Notes: generated from the letters alone by a model not told the origin. A stretch of DNA of 48,606 bases from Chloroflexia bacterium (GCA_034667185.1 JAXDKH010000149.1:1-48606); one strand, 5' to 3'; shown: positions 18,155 through 26,802, counted from the first letter of the stretch. Translations and numbers: made by a program.

Positions 18155-19756
18155 TCAACTCTCCCTACCAGCACTGCTGTTTGCGGAGCTACCGGACCCG
18201 GCTATCTCAGGCAGCAGACGTCCAGCTATAGCAAAGACCGCATGCCTGTTAGGCCAGAGACTGATAGCCCACATCACAAGGGTCCCCAGCCCTGCAATGA
18301 GAAGGAGACGCCACAGGTCTGTCACCCAGGACCGCGACATATAGAGCAGTGCTCCTCCAATAAGGCAGGTCACGAAAGGTAGAGCAGCTGAACGCAGCAA
18401 CAGAATACCGCCGAGATCCCTGAGTTCATAGATCATCACGGGGAATGCAATTGCCGTTCCAACAGCATAAGCAGCCGCAATGGCCTCAAAGCCCAAGCCT
18501 AGAGTAATCATCAGGATGGCCGACACCCAGGTAAGTCCCGCCCAGGCCCCGGTAACACGCAAAACGGAGCCACCACGACCCAGCGAGTAGAGGGCAGCTA
18601 CGAATATTCCCGTACCAATGCCAAGCACCATATTGATGGTCAGGAGGTAAATGGAAGGCTCTGCGGGCAGCCACTTCGACGTGAAGATATGCTCTATTAT
18701 TCTTGGCGCCAGCCCTACCAGTACGGCAAACACCGGAAGAGAGAGGCGATAGGTCCAAGCCAGAGCCGCCTCCAGCATAGCAATGAAGGCTTTACGGTCG
18801 TTCTGCAATCTCCCCAACGCCGGGTAGCAAACCCGGGAGACCAACTGGCCCAATATCAAGGGCATCGCGGTAAGTTGCACTGCCCATGCTAAATAGCCGA
18901 CCGCAAGCGGGCCAAACACAGGACCACCTATCGCGGGTACCATCGTGTCCTTCACGAAGCTTGCTACTGATTGGCTCTGGTACAACAGACCATAACGGAC
19001 GCTCTCCTTCAAGGGCCTCCAGTTGAAGTCCAGGGTGGGCCTCCAGGCGGTACGTATATAGAGGGCCGCCGAGCCTGCCAGCCCTGAAACCGACACTGCC
19101 AGCACAAGGCTCCATACACCGAGACCAAGCACGGCACCGGAAATAGCTACCAACCAGTACGAGAACTGTCCCACTACGTCGGCCAGGGCAATCGGCCGGT
19201 AGTTCAGGTTGCGCTCTGCTACCACGACAGGCACACTCCGCAGAGATGCCACGATCACATTGACGGCCAGGGCGCGTATCAGCCATTCGACAGCGGGAAC
19301 GTCATAAAGCCCTGCTACAGCAGGAGCCAATAGGAAGAGTCCGCCCGCGAGGGCCGACACGAACGCAAGCTGCAGCGTAAACATCGCGTTAAGCTCTTTG
19401 TCGGTGACTTCTTCCTTCCGCCGGATGAAGGCAGCCCCAAGACCTAGCTCACTGAAAAGTGCAACGATCCCTACGACAAAGGTTGCAATACCGAAAAGCC
19501 CGTACTCAACCGGAGAGAGGAACCGGGAAAGCACCACCGCCCCCCCCACGCTCATGACCCTGATAACGACCTCGCGGCCCAGGAGACTCAGCACACCGGA
19601 GAGAGCGCGCGCCTGGACGGTACCTGCTTCGGCTTGCGCCACGGTGGAGACGGTAGAGACGGTGGAGATTGAGATTGGAGACGTAGATTCCGAGACAGGA
19701 TCGAACAGCACACGGCTGCCCTCGGCGATCATGTCCTCAGGGTGTTGGGTCCTCAT
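18155..19756 (-). CDS. Wzx-type oligosaccharide flippase (MOP superfamily, polysaccharide biosynthesis protein)
   Basis: 533 aa with about 12-14 hydrophobic helices, in a polysaccharide-locus context. The N-terminal ~45 aa are low complexity (ISISTVSTVSTV). Confidence 0.8.
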   Translation of the reverse strand: MRTQHPEDMIAEGSRVLFDPVSESTSPISISTVSTVSTVAQAEAGTVQARALSGVLSLLGREVVIRVMSVGGAVVLSRFLSPVEYGLFGIATFVVGIVALFSELGLGAAFIRRKEEVTDKELNAMFTLQLAFVSALAGGLFLLAPAVAGLYDVPAVEWLIRALAVNVIVASLRSVPVVVAERNLNYRPIALADVVGQFSYWLVAISGAVLGLGVWSLVLAVSVSGLAGSAALYIRTAWRPTLDFNWRPLKESVRYGLLYQSQSVASFVKDTMVPAIGGPVFGPLAVGYLAWAVQLTAMPLILGQLVSRVCYPALGRLQNDRKAFIAMLEAALAWTYRLSLPVFAVLVGLAPRIIEHIFTSKWLPAEPSIYLLTINMVLGIGTGIFVAALYSLGRGGSVLRVTGAWAGLTWVSAILMITLGLGFEAIAAAYAVGTAIAFPVMIYELRDLGGILLLRSAALPFVTCLIGGALLYMSRSWVTDLWRLLLIAGLGTLVMWAISLWPNRHAVFAIAGRLLPEIAGSGSSANSSAGRES

Positions 19757-19816
19757 AGTGGACGCTCAGAAGGCCCTTCCCGTGTGACACCGAGTCGCAT
19801 AGGAACAAATGGCAGG

Positions 19817-21250
19817 TTAGTAAGCCCCACGACCGGAGAGGATGACGCCAATGGTACGCCACAGTATCTGTATGTCCAGCCAGATGGAGTAGTTCTGGAT
19901 GTAGTACAGGTCGTGCTCGGTGTGCATGTGCATGGGGGCGTCGCTGCGCCCATTAATCTGCCACCAGCCGGTCATGCCCTGTGGCACGGCGAACCGCTTG
20001 CGCTGCCACGGTTGGTAGCGTGCCACCATCCAGGGTAGCTCCGGGCGCGGCCCAACCAGGCTCATGTCGCCTCGCAACACGTTGATTAGCTGCGGCAGCT
20101 CGTCGATGCTGGTGCGCCTGATGAACTGGCCCACGCGAGTGATACGAGGGTCGGCCGGGGCCTTGTGTATCAGGTTGCCATGCCTGTCGTTCTTGATGAC
20201 TTTGTTCACCAGTTGGTCGGCGTTGGAGACCATAGAGCGAAACTTCCACATCGTGAAGAGCCGCCCGTTCTCGCCCACCCGCTGCGACTTGTAGAATACC
20301 GGGCCCCGGTCCTCGATCTTGATGGCTAGCGCGGTGAGTAGAAACACCGGGGAGGTAATCGCCAACAGTACTGCCGAGAAAGCGATGTCCATCAGGCGCT
20401 TGAGCAGGCGCTGCACCCCATCAATGGCGGAGTCGCGCAGGCCGATAAAGAGCACGCCACCCAGGCTCTCTATAGTGGCGCTATGGAACGCCAGGTCGAA
20501 CAGGTCGGGCACCACGCGAACGCGCACCGGCTGCTCGTAAAGCTGCGCCACCAGGTTCACCAACTGCTCGTGCTCGTGCAGGGGCAGGGCGATTATCACT
20601 TCGTCTACGTCGTACTGGGCGACCACCGCGGGCGTGTCCGTTATACTGCCGAGCACAGGCAAGTCATCTACCGTTGCCGTGCCCTCGTGATTCTCAGGGT
20701 TGTTGTCCATGAAGCCCAGCAGCCGGATGCCCGACCACCGCTGCCGCCGGAACTCGTTTGCCACCTCAACGCCGCGCTTGTCAGCACCTACAATCAGTAC
20801 CCGCGTTTCCACGTTAGGGTGATCTCGGTTGACGATGTGCCACACCCGCAAGGCCCACCGGTAGCCGATCAGCAGCGAGGTTGAGATGATGAAGAAATAG
20901 AGGAAGCCGAGGCGCGGAAGGTTCAGGTTGATGAGGTATAGCAGCCCCGTCAGTGTGAGCGAAACCAGGGTGCTTGCCACCACCACACGCTGGAACTCTT
21001 CTATCCAGCGTATGACCTTGCGACCGTTGTAAACCGAGTTGGCGACCAGGAACAACACGCCGAGCACGCCAAACGACAGGTGCAGTATAAGGCGTAGTTC
21101 CTGCACCTCTACCTGGGGCCATATCTGGAAGGGCTGCCAGAAGGGTATGTCATAGCGTAGTGCCATCGCCACTTCGAGCGACAACTGCACTATGACGAGG
21201 TCTATCAGGAACAACAAGGCCATGTAATTGGCGTTGAGCCTCTTGAACAT
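19817..21250 (-). CDS. Polyprenyl glycosylphosphotransferase (WbaP/EpsL-like initiating sugar transferase)
   Basis: N-terminal TM helices are followed by the bacterial sugar-transferase domain: KRLMDIAFSAVLL, PVFYKSQRVGENGRLFTMWKFRSM and DELPQLINVLRGDMSLVGPRP. Confidence 0.9.
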   Translation of the reverse strand: MFKRLNANYMALLFLIDLVIVQLSLEVAMALRYDIPFWQPFQIWPQVEVQELRLILHLSFGVLGVLFLVANSVYNGRKVIRWIEEFQRVVVASTLVSLTLTGLLYLINLNLPRLGFLYFFIISTSLLIGYRWALRVWHIVNRDHPNVETRVLIVGADKRGVEVANEFRRQRWSGIRLLGFMDNNPENHEGTATVDDLPVLGSITDTPAVVAQYDVDEVIIALPLHEHEQLVNLVAQLYEQPVRVRVVPDLFDLAFHSATIESLGGVLFIGLRDSAIDGVQRLLKRLMDIAFSAVLLAITSPVFLLTALAIKIEDRGPVFYKSQRVGENGRLFTMWKFRSMVSNADQLVNKVIKNDRHGNLIHKAPADPRITRVGQFIRRTSIDELPQLINVLRGDMSLVGPRPELPWMVARYQPWQRKRFAVPQGMTGWWQINGRSDAPMHMHTEHDLYYIQNYSIWLDIQILWRTIGVILSGRGAY

Positions 21251-21394
21251 GAAGCCTGCTACCTCCCCTGGTCCCCCCTGAAAATTACCACCTACAAGTA
21301 TAGGATACCCTCAGACGTAAAGCAAGTAGAATGTGCGTTGACCGCACGCCCGTTCTAGGGTCTGTGCATAACCCGCACTTCACTTACGACCCAT

Positions 21395-22522
21395 TCACCT
21401 GCGTCGCCGTGTCTTCTTGCCGCGCAACACCTGACCGAACAGTTCCAGGTACTGGTCGGTGATTTTGTCCCACGAATAGTTCGCCCTCACGTGAGCCAGC
21501 GACATGGCTCGTCTTTCCTCCACGACCTGTGGGTTCTCCAACAGGTGGGCCAGCACCCGGCAGAGGCTGGCGGCCCCCTCCTTGCCGTCGTAGCTGAAAC
21601 CCGCATTCCTTACCGTCTCCAGGTTCTCCGGCGTGTCATGCGTTACCACGCAGTTGCCGAAGCCCATGGCCTCCAGCAGCGCCGGGTGAGTGCCCCCCAC
21701 GCCCGAAGTCTCCACGAAACAGTAGGCGCTGGAGCTTAGCTCTCGATAGCCATCCCCGAATACGTAGCCGGTATACACCACGCCCTCGCACGCGGCATCT
21801 CGCAACGACTGCTTGTATTCCTCGGCGTAGGGAGCATCGCCCACAATGACACATTTCATCCCGTGCTTGTCCGGCAGCATGCAGTAAGCTTCCACCAGGT
21901 GGTGCGCGCAATTCTCCGGCACCAGGCGACCCACGAACAGGATGTATTTGCCTGGCTCAAGCCCGTACTTGCTTAACGTGTCACCGGGGGGCAGTGGTTG
22001 CACATCCGACCCGTATGCGATATAAGGCGGCTTGACGTCATATGTGTCCTCGTAGTAGCGCTGCACCACGGTAGAGTCGGTGAGGAAGACGTTGGGCAGC
22101 ATGGTAGCCATGCGCTCGGCAAAGCGGATGTACTTGCGGGCAAGCTCCGGCCACTTCTCCCGCTTCCAATCGAGGCCGTCCACGTTAATGATTGTGCGCT
22201 TGCCCACGAGCCGTGGTATCCAGGTGACCAGGCTGTTGCCCGCGATGAAGTAGAGGCAAATGTCGTACGGCTTAAAGAGCGCGTGCACCGACGAGAAGAA
22301 GGAATGTACCAGCGTATCGAGGTATTTGTTAGGGATGGTGGGCAGCTTAACAAGGTGCATGCCTCTATAAGTCTTGCCCTTGTATTTGATGTGATGGGTG
22401 CGGCAGTAGACGGTGACTTCGTGCCCGCGCGCCACCAGGCGAGAGCCTAATTGCTCCACGCACGTCTCAAATCCACTGTAGCTCGCCGGTACCCCGCGCG
22501 TGCCAAGCATTGCGATCTTCAA
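21395..22522 (-). CDS. DUF1972-type GT4 glycosyltransferase (WchF-like)
   Basis: The N-terminus MKIAMLGTRGVPASYSGFETCVEQLGSRLVARGHEVTVYC is typical of DUF1972. The C-terminus has ETSGVGGTHPALLEAMGFGNCVV. Confidence 0.85.
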   Translation of the reverse strand: MKIAMLGTRGVPASYSGFETCVEQLGSRLVARGHEVTVYCRTHHIKYKGKTYRGMHLVKLPTIPNKYLDTLVHSFFSSVHALFKPYDICLYFIAGNSLVTWIPRLVGKRTIINVDGLDWKREKWPELARKYIRFAERMATMLPNVFLTDSTVVQRYYEDTYDVKPPYIAYGSDVQPLPPGDTLSKYGLEPGKYILFVGRLVPENCAHHLVEAYCMLPDKHGMKCVIVGDAPYAEEYKQSLRDAACEGVVYTGYVFGDGYRELSSSAYCFVETSGVGGTHPALLEAMGFGNCVVTHDTPENLETVRNAGFSYDGKEGAASLCRVLAHLLENPQVVEERRAMSLAHVRANYSWDKITDQYLELFGQVLRGKKTRRRR

Positions 22523-22579
22523 TGTTGTCCACCTTGCAAGTGTTTTTCCGGGCTGGAGCCCAAGCCTGCCCTGGCTTTC

Positions 22580-25516
22580 TCAGCGGTAATAGTACGGTAC
22601 GACCAGCACAAGCAGGCAGTAGGCCGCAAAAAAGGCTATACCGGCGCACCAGAGCCACGTGCCCCAGGGCATCGCGGCCTTTGCTCCCGTCGTGGAGATA
22701 ATAGCAGGAGCAGGACTAGCAACTTGAGGCTGTACCTCCCGCGGGACAGACACCCGGCGCACCAGCCCCACTCCGCAGGCCCATGCCAGGTTGAGGCCCT
22801 CGAACATGAGCCACATCGCGGGCACGGTGTAGCCGAAAAGGTAGCGGCCCTGGGGGTCGGTGTGCACGCCTGAGGTGCTCAGCGGCCCCATCATGCGGGC
22901 GAACGTGATGAAGATGGCGGCCACCAACGCCAGCAAAGTGACCAGGCCCAGCCACTCTATAGGACTCCACGCACCTAACCGCCGCACACCATGCGAAATG
23001 AGCGCAACAAGTACCAGCAGGATGAGCGCGTTCAGCAGCGCGTAGCCTGATTCCGGCATGGGTATCGACAGCCAGCCAAAGTTGCCCCAGAACGAGCGAA
23101 ACTGGCGGTAGGCATATCTCTGCCAAATTTCGAACTTGTCGAACGCCTGCGGGTTCACCAGTACGTCCACGATGTCCAAAGATTCGCCCCGCAAGATGCG
23201 CGCCCCCAGGTCGCTCACCCGCAGTGAGCCTATCTCCATGGACGGGTTGAACAAGGGCAGGGCTACAGGTTGAGGCATCCCGTTGCGCTCCCGTTCCGGG
23301 GTATCCGCTGTCAGAATGGGTGTCGCGGCCAGCGAAACGTCGTCAACGTATAGGCCTGTGCTGCCCCCGGTGAATCGCACCCACACCTTGCGGTCGCCAT
23401 GTGTCCCGCTGGTGGAGATGGTGAACTGCCGCCACTCACCCCGCACTGGAGTGATGGGCGCGGTGTAAAGTACCTGGCCCAGCGTCTCTGCGCCGATGCG
23501 AGACAGCGTGCCGCGCTGGTCGGTCAGCAATTCCGCTACCGACTGCACAGTGGTCGTGAAGACCCCCGGTTCGGCATCCTCCCCTGCTTGCGCCCAGAAC
23601 GTCAGGGTCGCGGTGTAGGCGGGGTGCGGTAAGGGTACCTCCAGCCACTGGAAGACGGTTTGCCCCGGCGGCACTTCCATAGCATATGAGCCGCTATGGG
23701 CAACCGCCTGCACCCGATCTGCCCTCTGTGAAGGTCCGCCCGGTTCCTGCCAGGCGGCAACCGCAGGGCTGGGCCGGAAGAGCAGCAAGGCACCTATCAG
23801 ACACAGCGCAAGAAACCCGGCTGCCACAATCGCGGGCACAAAGTAAGGACTGAGAGGCACGGCCTTCTTCATCCCCGGTGCACGCCGGAAAAGTCGCCAC
23901 CGTGGCAGGTAGCGTGTGAGCAACAGGCCCGCCCAGACTAATAGCCCCAGCCCCAACAGCGGCCCGCCCGACACAATAGCCGTCAGCTTGGTAAGTGCCC
24001 CGGCACCAAACAGGGCCACGGAAAGCGCCGCCAGCCCCACCCCGCGCCACCCGTAGGGCCACTTCAGCAGGGCTACCAGGGACACGAACAGCGCGGTCAC
24101 CGCCAGGTCGGAGATAACGTCGTTGCTGACTACGGAGGCGATGAAGGTGTGCATCGGCAGCAGGGCGACCGCCAGCGGCAGCGCCAGGCGCAACCACGGC
24201 AGACGGCGACCCCCCAGCAATACCCCCGCCAGCCACGCCAGCGCCACCACGCCCAGGTTCAACAGCACCGATACGAACCGCATCACACGTAGCGCGGCCG
24301 CCGGATCTACGAACGGATCAATCCCGGCACCGAGGGTGTTAGCAACATGTAACGCGGCAGCGCACAGCCAGTAATAAGGGGCTGGCTGCCGAATCTGCCA
24401 CATTAGCTCCAGGTAGAGGTCTTTGCCGCCGGGTGGGAAGGCGGGTGCCCCCGGCGTCGGGTGGCCCGAAACCAGCCGCGTCCAGTTGTATTCGCCCATC
24501 GAGCCCACCACTGCCGCTTTGAGCGCCAGTGCCTCCGCGTGGTCCTTGCCGCCCTCTTCCCATTCCAGGCGCTGCACCGCGTCATCGTCCATGGCATGCC
24601 GGTAGAGTAAGGCGGCATAGGCGAAGTGCCCGTGTTCATCAGGTCCCTGCCACGGCGGCACCAGCAGCGAGAAGAGCACGCCGTTAGCGAGGGCGACGGC
24701 CAGGGCTATGGGGAGGGAAAAGGCGAGGATTTTGGATTTCGGGTTTTCGATTTTGGATTTTGGATTCAGAGAGGTATATGCAGAGAATAGAGTGACAAGG
24801 AATCCAACTGCCAGGAAGACAAGTATCAGCCATCGGGGCATATTGGTTGTGGCGTGTTGCGCCAACCCGCGGAATGCGTCCAGTGGCGTAGGTTCGTAGG
24901 TCAGGCCGAACGCTATGTCAGATTGCTGTGGCTGGCCGTCCAGGTATGCAGTGCCACCGGGGTAAGTATCGGTGGGAAGGTTGGGATCAAACTGTATCCA
25001 CCAGAGCAGGGCGGGCGCGCTAGCGGGCGTGGCGTCCGGCGACTCGATGTCAACGTAATAGGTCCGGTCCAGGCTGTCCGCTATTGGAGGGAAGGTGAAA
25101 AGCTGGTACTGGCTCTCCTCGACGGCGCCCGTCACCCGGAGGGTCGAAGTGGCGAGGTCAGGGCCAACTCCCGGTGCCTCCCGCAGGTGCATGACCAGCG
25201 TGGTTGCAGCATCGCGTCCGCGAAAATACTGGGGATTGACGCGCACTTCCAGCCCTGAGAGGTTAGAGTAACGCGACACGAATGACTGCCCGATTGTGGT
25301 GCCGGGCACAAGAGGAGGGGATATCGCGTTGGCCCCATCGCTGCGCCAGTGGGTGACGGACGAGTAGGCGCTTACGAGGAGCGCGAACAGGCCCACGAGC
25401 AACACGAGCCAGCGCAAGAGTGGGGTGATAGCCCAGCGTCCTACTGTGCCAAGTGCCGCGACACGCTCCCTGGGCAGGCTGGAAGTCTCAACTGTTGTAG
25501 TCACACCTCTATCCAC
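22580..25516 (-). CDS. Large polytopic GT-C-like (DUF2142/ArnT-like) membrane protein with internal CBM-like beta-sandwich domain
   Basis: 978 aa with a GTG start. Many TM helices and a loop motif PPWQGPDEHGHFAY. Residues ~590-730 read HSGSYAMEV...WRQFTI...LYVDDVSL, a CBM4_9-like pattern. The family call is by resemblance only. Confidence 0.6.
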   Translation of the reverse strand: MDRGVTTTVETSSLPRERVAALGTVGRWAITPLLRWLVLLVGLFALLVSAYSSVTHWRSDGANAISPPLVPGTTIGQSFVSRYSNLSGLEVRVNPQYFRGRDAATTLVMHLREAPGVGPDLATSTLRVTGAVEESQYQLFTFPPIADSLDRTYYVDIESPDATPASAPALLWWIQFDPNLPTDTYPGGTAYLDGQPQQSDIAFGLTYEPTPLDAFRGLAQHATTNMPRWLILVFLAVGFLVTLFSAYTSLNPKSKIENPKSKILAFSLPIALAVALANGVLFSLLVPPWQGPDEHGHFAYAALLYRHAMDDDAVQRLEWEEGGKDHAEALALKAAVVGSMGEYNWTRLVSGHPTPGAPAFPPGGKDLYLELMWQIRQPAPYYWLCAAALHVANTLGAGIDPFVDPAAALRVMRFVSVLLNLGVVALAWLAGVLLGGRRLPWLRLALPLAVALLPMHTFIASVVSNDVISDLAVTALFVSLVALLKWPYGWRGVGLAALSVALFGAGALTKLTAIVSGGPLLGLGLLVWAGLLLTRYLPRWRLFRRAPGMKKAVPLSPYFVPAIVAAGFLALCLIGALLLFRPSPAVAAWQEPGGPSQRADRVQAVAHSGSYAMEVPPGQTVFQWLEVPLPHPAYTATLTFWAQAGEDAEPGVFTTTVQSVAELLTDQRGTLSRIGAETLGQVLYTAPITPVRGEWRQFTISTSGTHGDRKVWVRFTGGSTGLYVDDVSLAATPILTADTPERERNGMPQPVALPLFNPSMEIGSLRVSDLGARILRGESLDIVDVLVNPQAFDKFEIWQRYAYRQFRSFWGNFGWLSIPMPESGYALLNALILLVLVALISHGVRRLGAWSPIEWLGLVTLLALVAAIFITFARMMGPLSTSGVHTDPQGRYLFGYTVPAMWLMFEGLNLAWACGVGLVRRVSVPREVQPQVASPAPAIISTTGAKAAMPWGTWLWCAGIAFFAAYCLLVLVVPYYYR
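24725..24766. repeat. Heptamer array (6 x 7 nt, AATCCAA type on minus strand) embedded in-frame in the GT-C-like CDS, copy C
   Basis: The minus strand reads AATCCAA AATCCAA AATCGAA AACCCGA AATCCAA AATCCTC. That is 42 nt, or 14 codons, encoding NPKSKIENPKSKIL. It is the same repeat type as copies A, D and E. Confidence 0.8.
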
Positions 25517-25533
25517 CGTTACCAGGCATTATA

Positions 25534-25611
25534 CCGAATTGCGCATTGCGAATTTGGAGTTACAAAGATTACGCGTAATTCGAAATCCGCAATCCGCAAT
25601 TCGCAATCCGG
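25534..25611. repeat. Heptamer-periodic hairpin element (GCAATCC/GCAATTC type), copy D, inverted relative to A/E
   Basis: The arms are CCGAATTGCGCATTGCGAATTT and AATTCGAAATCCGCAATCCGCAATTCGCAATCCGG. On the minus strand the centre contains AACTCCAAATTCG, as in A and E. The element lies between stop 25612 and GTG start 25516. Confidence 0.8.
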
Positions 25612-26802
25612 TTAGGCGCTCTGCCCTAGCGCGGCTGCGACCCCTGCACCTGGCGGTACTGTGAGGCCGAAGGAGCGTAGGGTCTCCTCCAGCGAGCCGA
25701 GGAGGTGGAGCACGAAGCCTTGTTGCGCGCCGTAGCCCATCAGCCCAACGCGCAGTAGCCTGCCCTTAAGTGGACCAAGCCCGCCACCCACCTCGATGCC
25801 ATGCCGGTTGAGCAGGTGAGAGCGTAGCTCAAGTTCGTCCAGGCCCTCGGGCAACAGGATGGCGTTCAGCGACCACAGGCTCCACTCCTCGTCGGGCAGG
25901 AAGCTCAGGCCCATCGCCTCTACGCCCGCCCGGAACGCCAGATGGCTTTGGTGGTGTCGCTCCCACCTGTTCTCCAGGCCCTCCGTGTGCAGGAGACGCA
26001 AAGACGTGTGCAGGGCGTAGATCAGCGGCGCGGATATAGTGTGATGGTACTGGCGTTCGTCCCAGTAGCGGTGCAACAATGTGGCGTCCAGGTAGAAGCT
26101 GGGCACCGGCCTCTCGCGGGAGGCGGCACGCTCCAACGCACGGTCGTTGATCGTGAAGGGAGCGAGGCCGGAGGGCGCGCCCAGGCATTTCTGGCTGCCG
26201 CTGTAGCACACATCGATGCCCCACTCGTCCACCAGGAGAGGCTGCCCACCCAGGGAGGTGACCGCATCCACTACGAAGAGCGCGTCCACGTCGTGCGCGG
26301 CGGTCGCGATCTCAGCTAGTTCCTGGCGCACACCTGTGGAAGTTTCGGCATGCACCGCACACACGACACTCGGCCTCACGCGCTGTATCGCCTCCCACAT
26401 CGCCTCGACGTACAGGGGTTTGCCCCACTCACCCTCGACGCGAGTGACCACACCACCGAGCCGCGCGGCTATCTGGCAGAGCCGGTCGCCAAAGTAGCCC
26501 ATCACGCCCACCACGACAGGTGCGCCGGGCTCAACCGTGTTAGCCAGGGCCGCTTCCATGCCCGCCGTACCGGTGCCCGAAATGGCGAGCGTTACCCGGT
26601 TTCTGGTGACGAACACCGCGCGCAGCATGTCCTCAAGCTCCTGCATAATCTGGAGCAAAGCCGGGTCGAGGTGGCCCAGGGGCGGCATGAGCAGCGAGCG
26701 CAGCACCTCAGGGTCTACTTCGCTCGGTCCCGGCCCCATGAGCAGGCGCTTGGGCGGGTTGGCGTGCGCCGGGATGGTTACTTTGTCTGTAGTTTCGAGC
26801 AT
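25612..26802 (-). CDS. Class-V aminotransferase (alanine/serine--glyoxylate aminotransferase-like)
   Basis: 396 aa with LLMGPGPSEV and SGSQKCLGAPSGLAP (PLP-lysine region). It directly abuts the glcF stop. Confidence 0.85.
   Translation of the reverse strand: MLETTDKVTIPAHANPPKRLLMGPGPSEVDPEVLRSLLMPPLGHLDPALLQIMQELEDMLRAVFVTRNRVTLAISGTGTAGMEAALANTVEPGAPVVVGVMGYFGDRLCQIAARLGGVVTRVEGEWGKPLYVEAMWEAIQRVRPSVVCAVHAETSTGVRQELAEIATAAHDVDALFVVDAVTSLGGQPLLVDEWGIDVCYSGSQKCLGAPSGLAPFTINDRALERAASRERPVPSFYLDATLLHRYWDERQYHHTISAPLIYALHTSLRLLHTEGLENRWERHHQSHLAFRAGVEAMGLSFLPDEEWSLWSLNAILLPEGLDELELRSHLLNRHGIEVGGGLGPLKGRLLRVGLMGYGAQQGFVLHLLGSLEETLRSFGLTVPPGAGVAAALGQSA

Noticed and set aside
19641-19667. Three tandem 9-nt units (ACGGTGGAG ACGGTAGAG ACGGTGGAG) in the 5' part of the flippase gene, encoding STVSTVSTV.
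   Set aside because: The units are multiples of 3 nt, so they cannot shift the frame. They lie in a low-complexity N-terminal extension and are probably trivial slippage without functional implication.
25528-25533. A perfect TATAAT (minus strand) 11 nt upstream of the GTG start of the GT-C-like gene, considered as a defined promoter feature.
   Set aside because: There is no acceptable -35 at 16-18 nt spacing and no extended TG. The hexamer lies in AT-rich repeat-edge sequence, where such matches are expected by chance. It is kept only as a remark within a finding.
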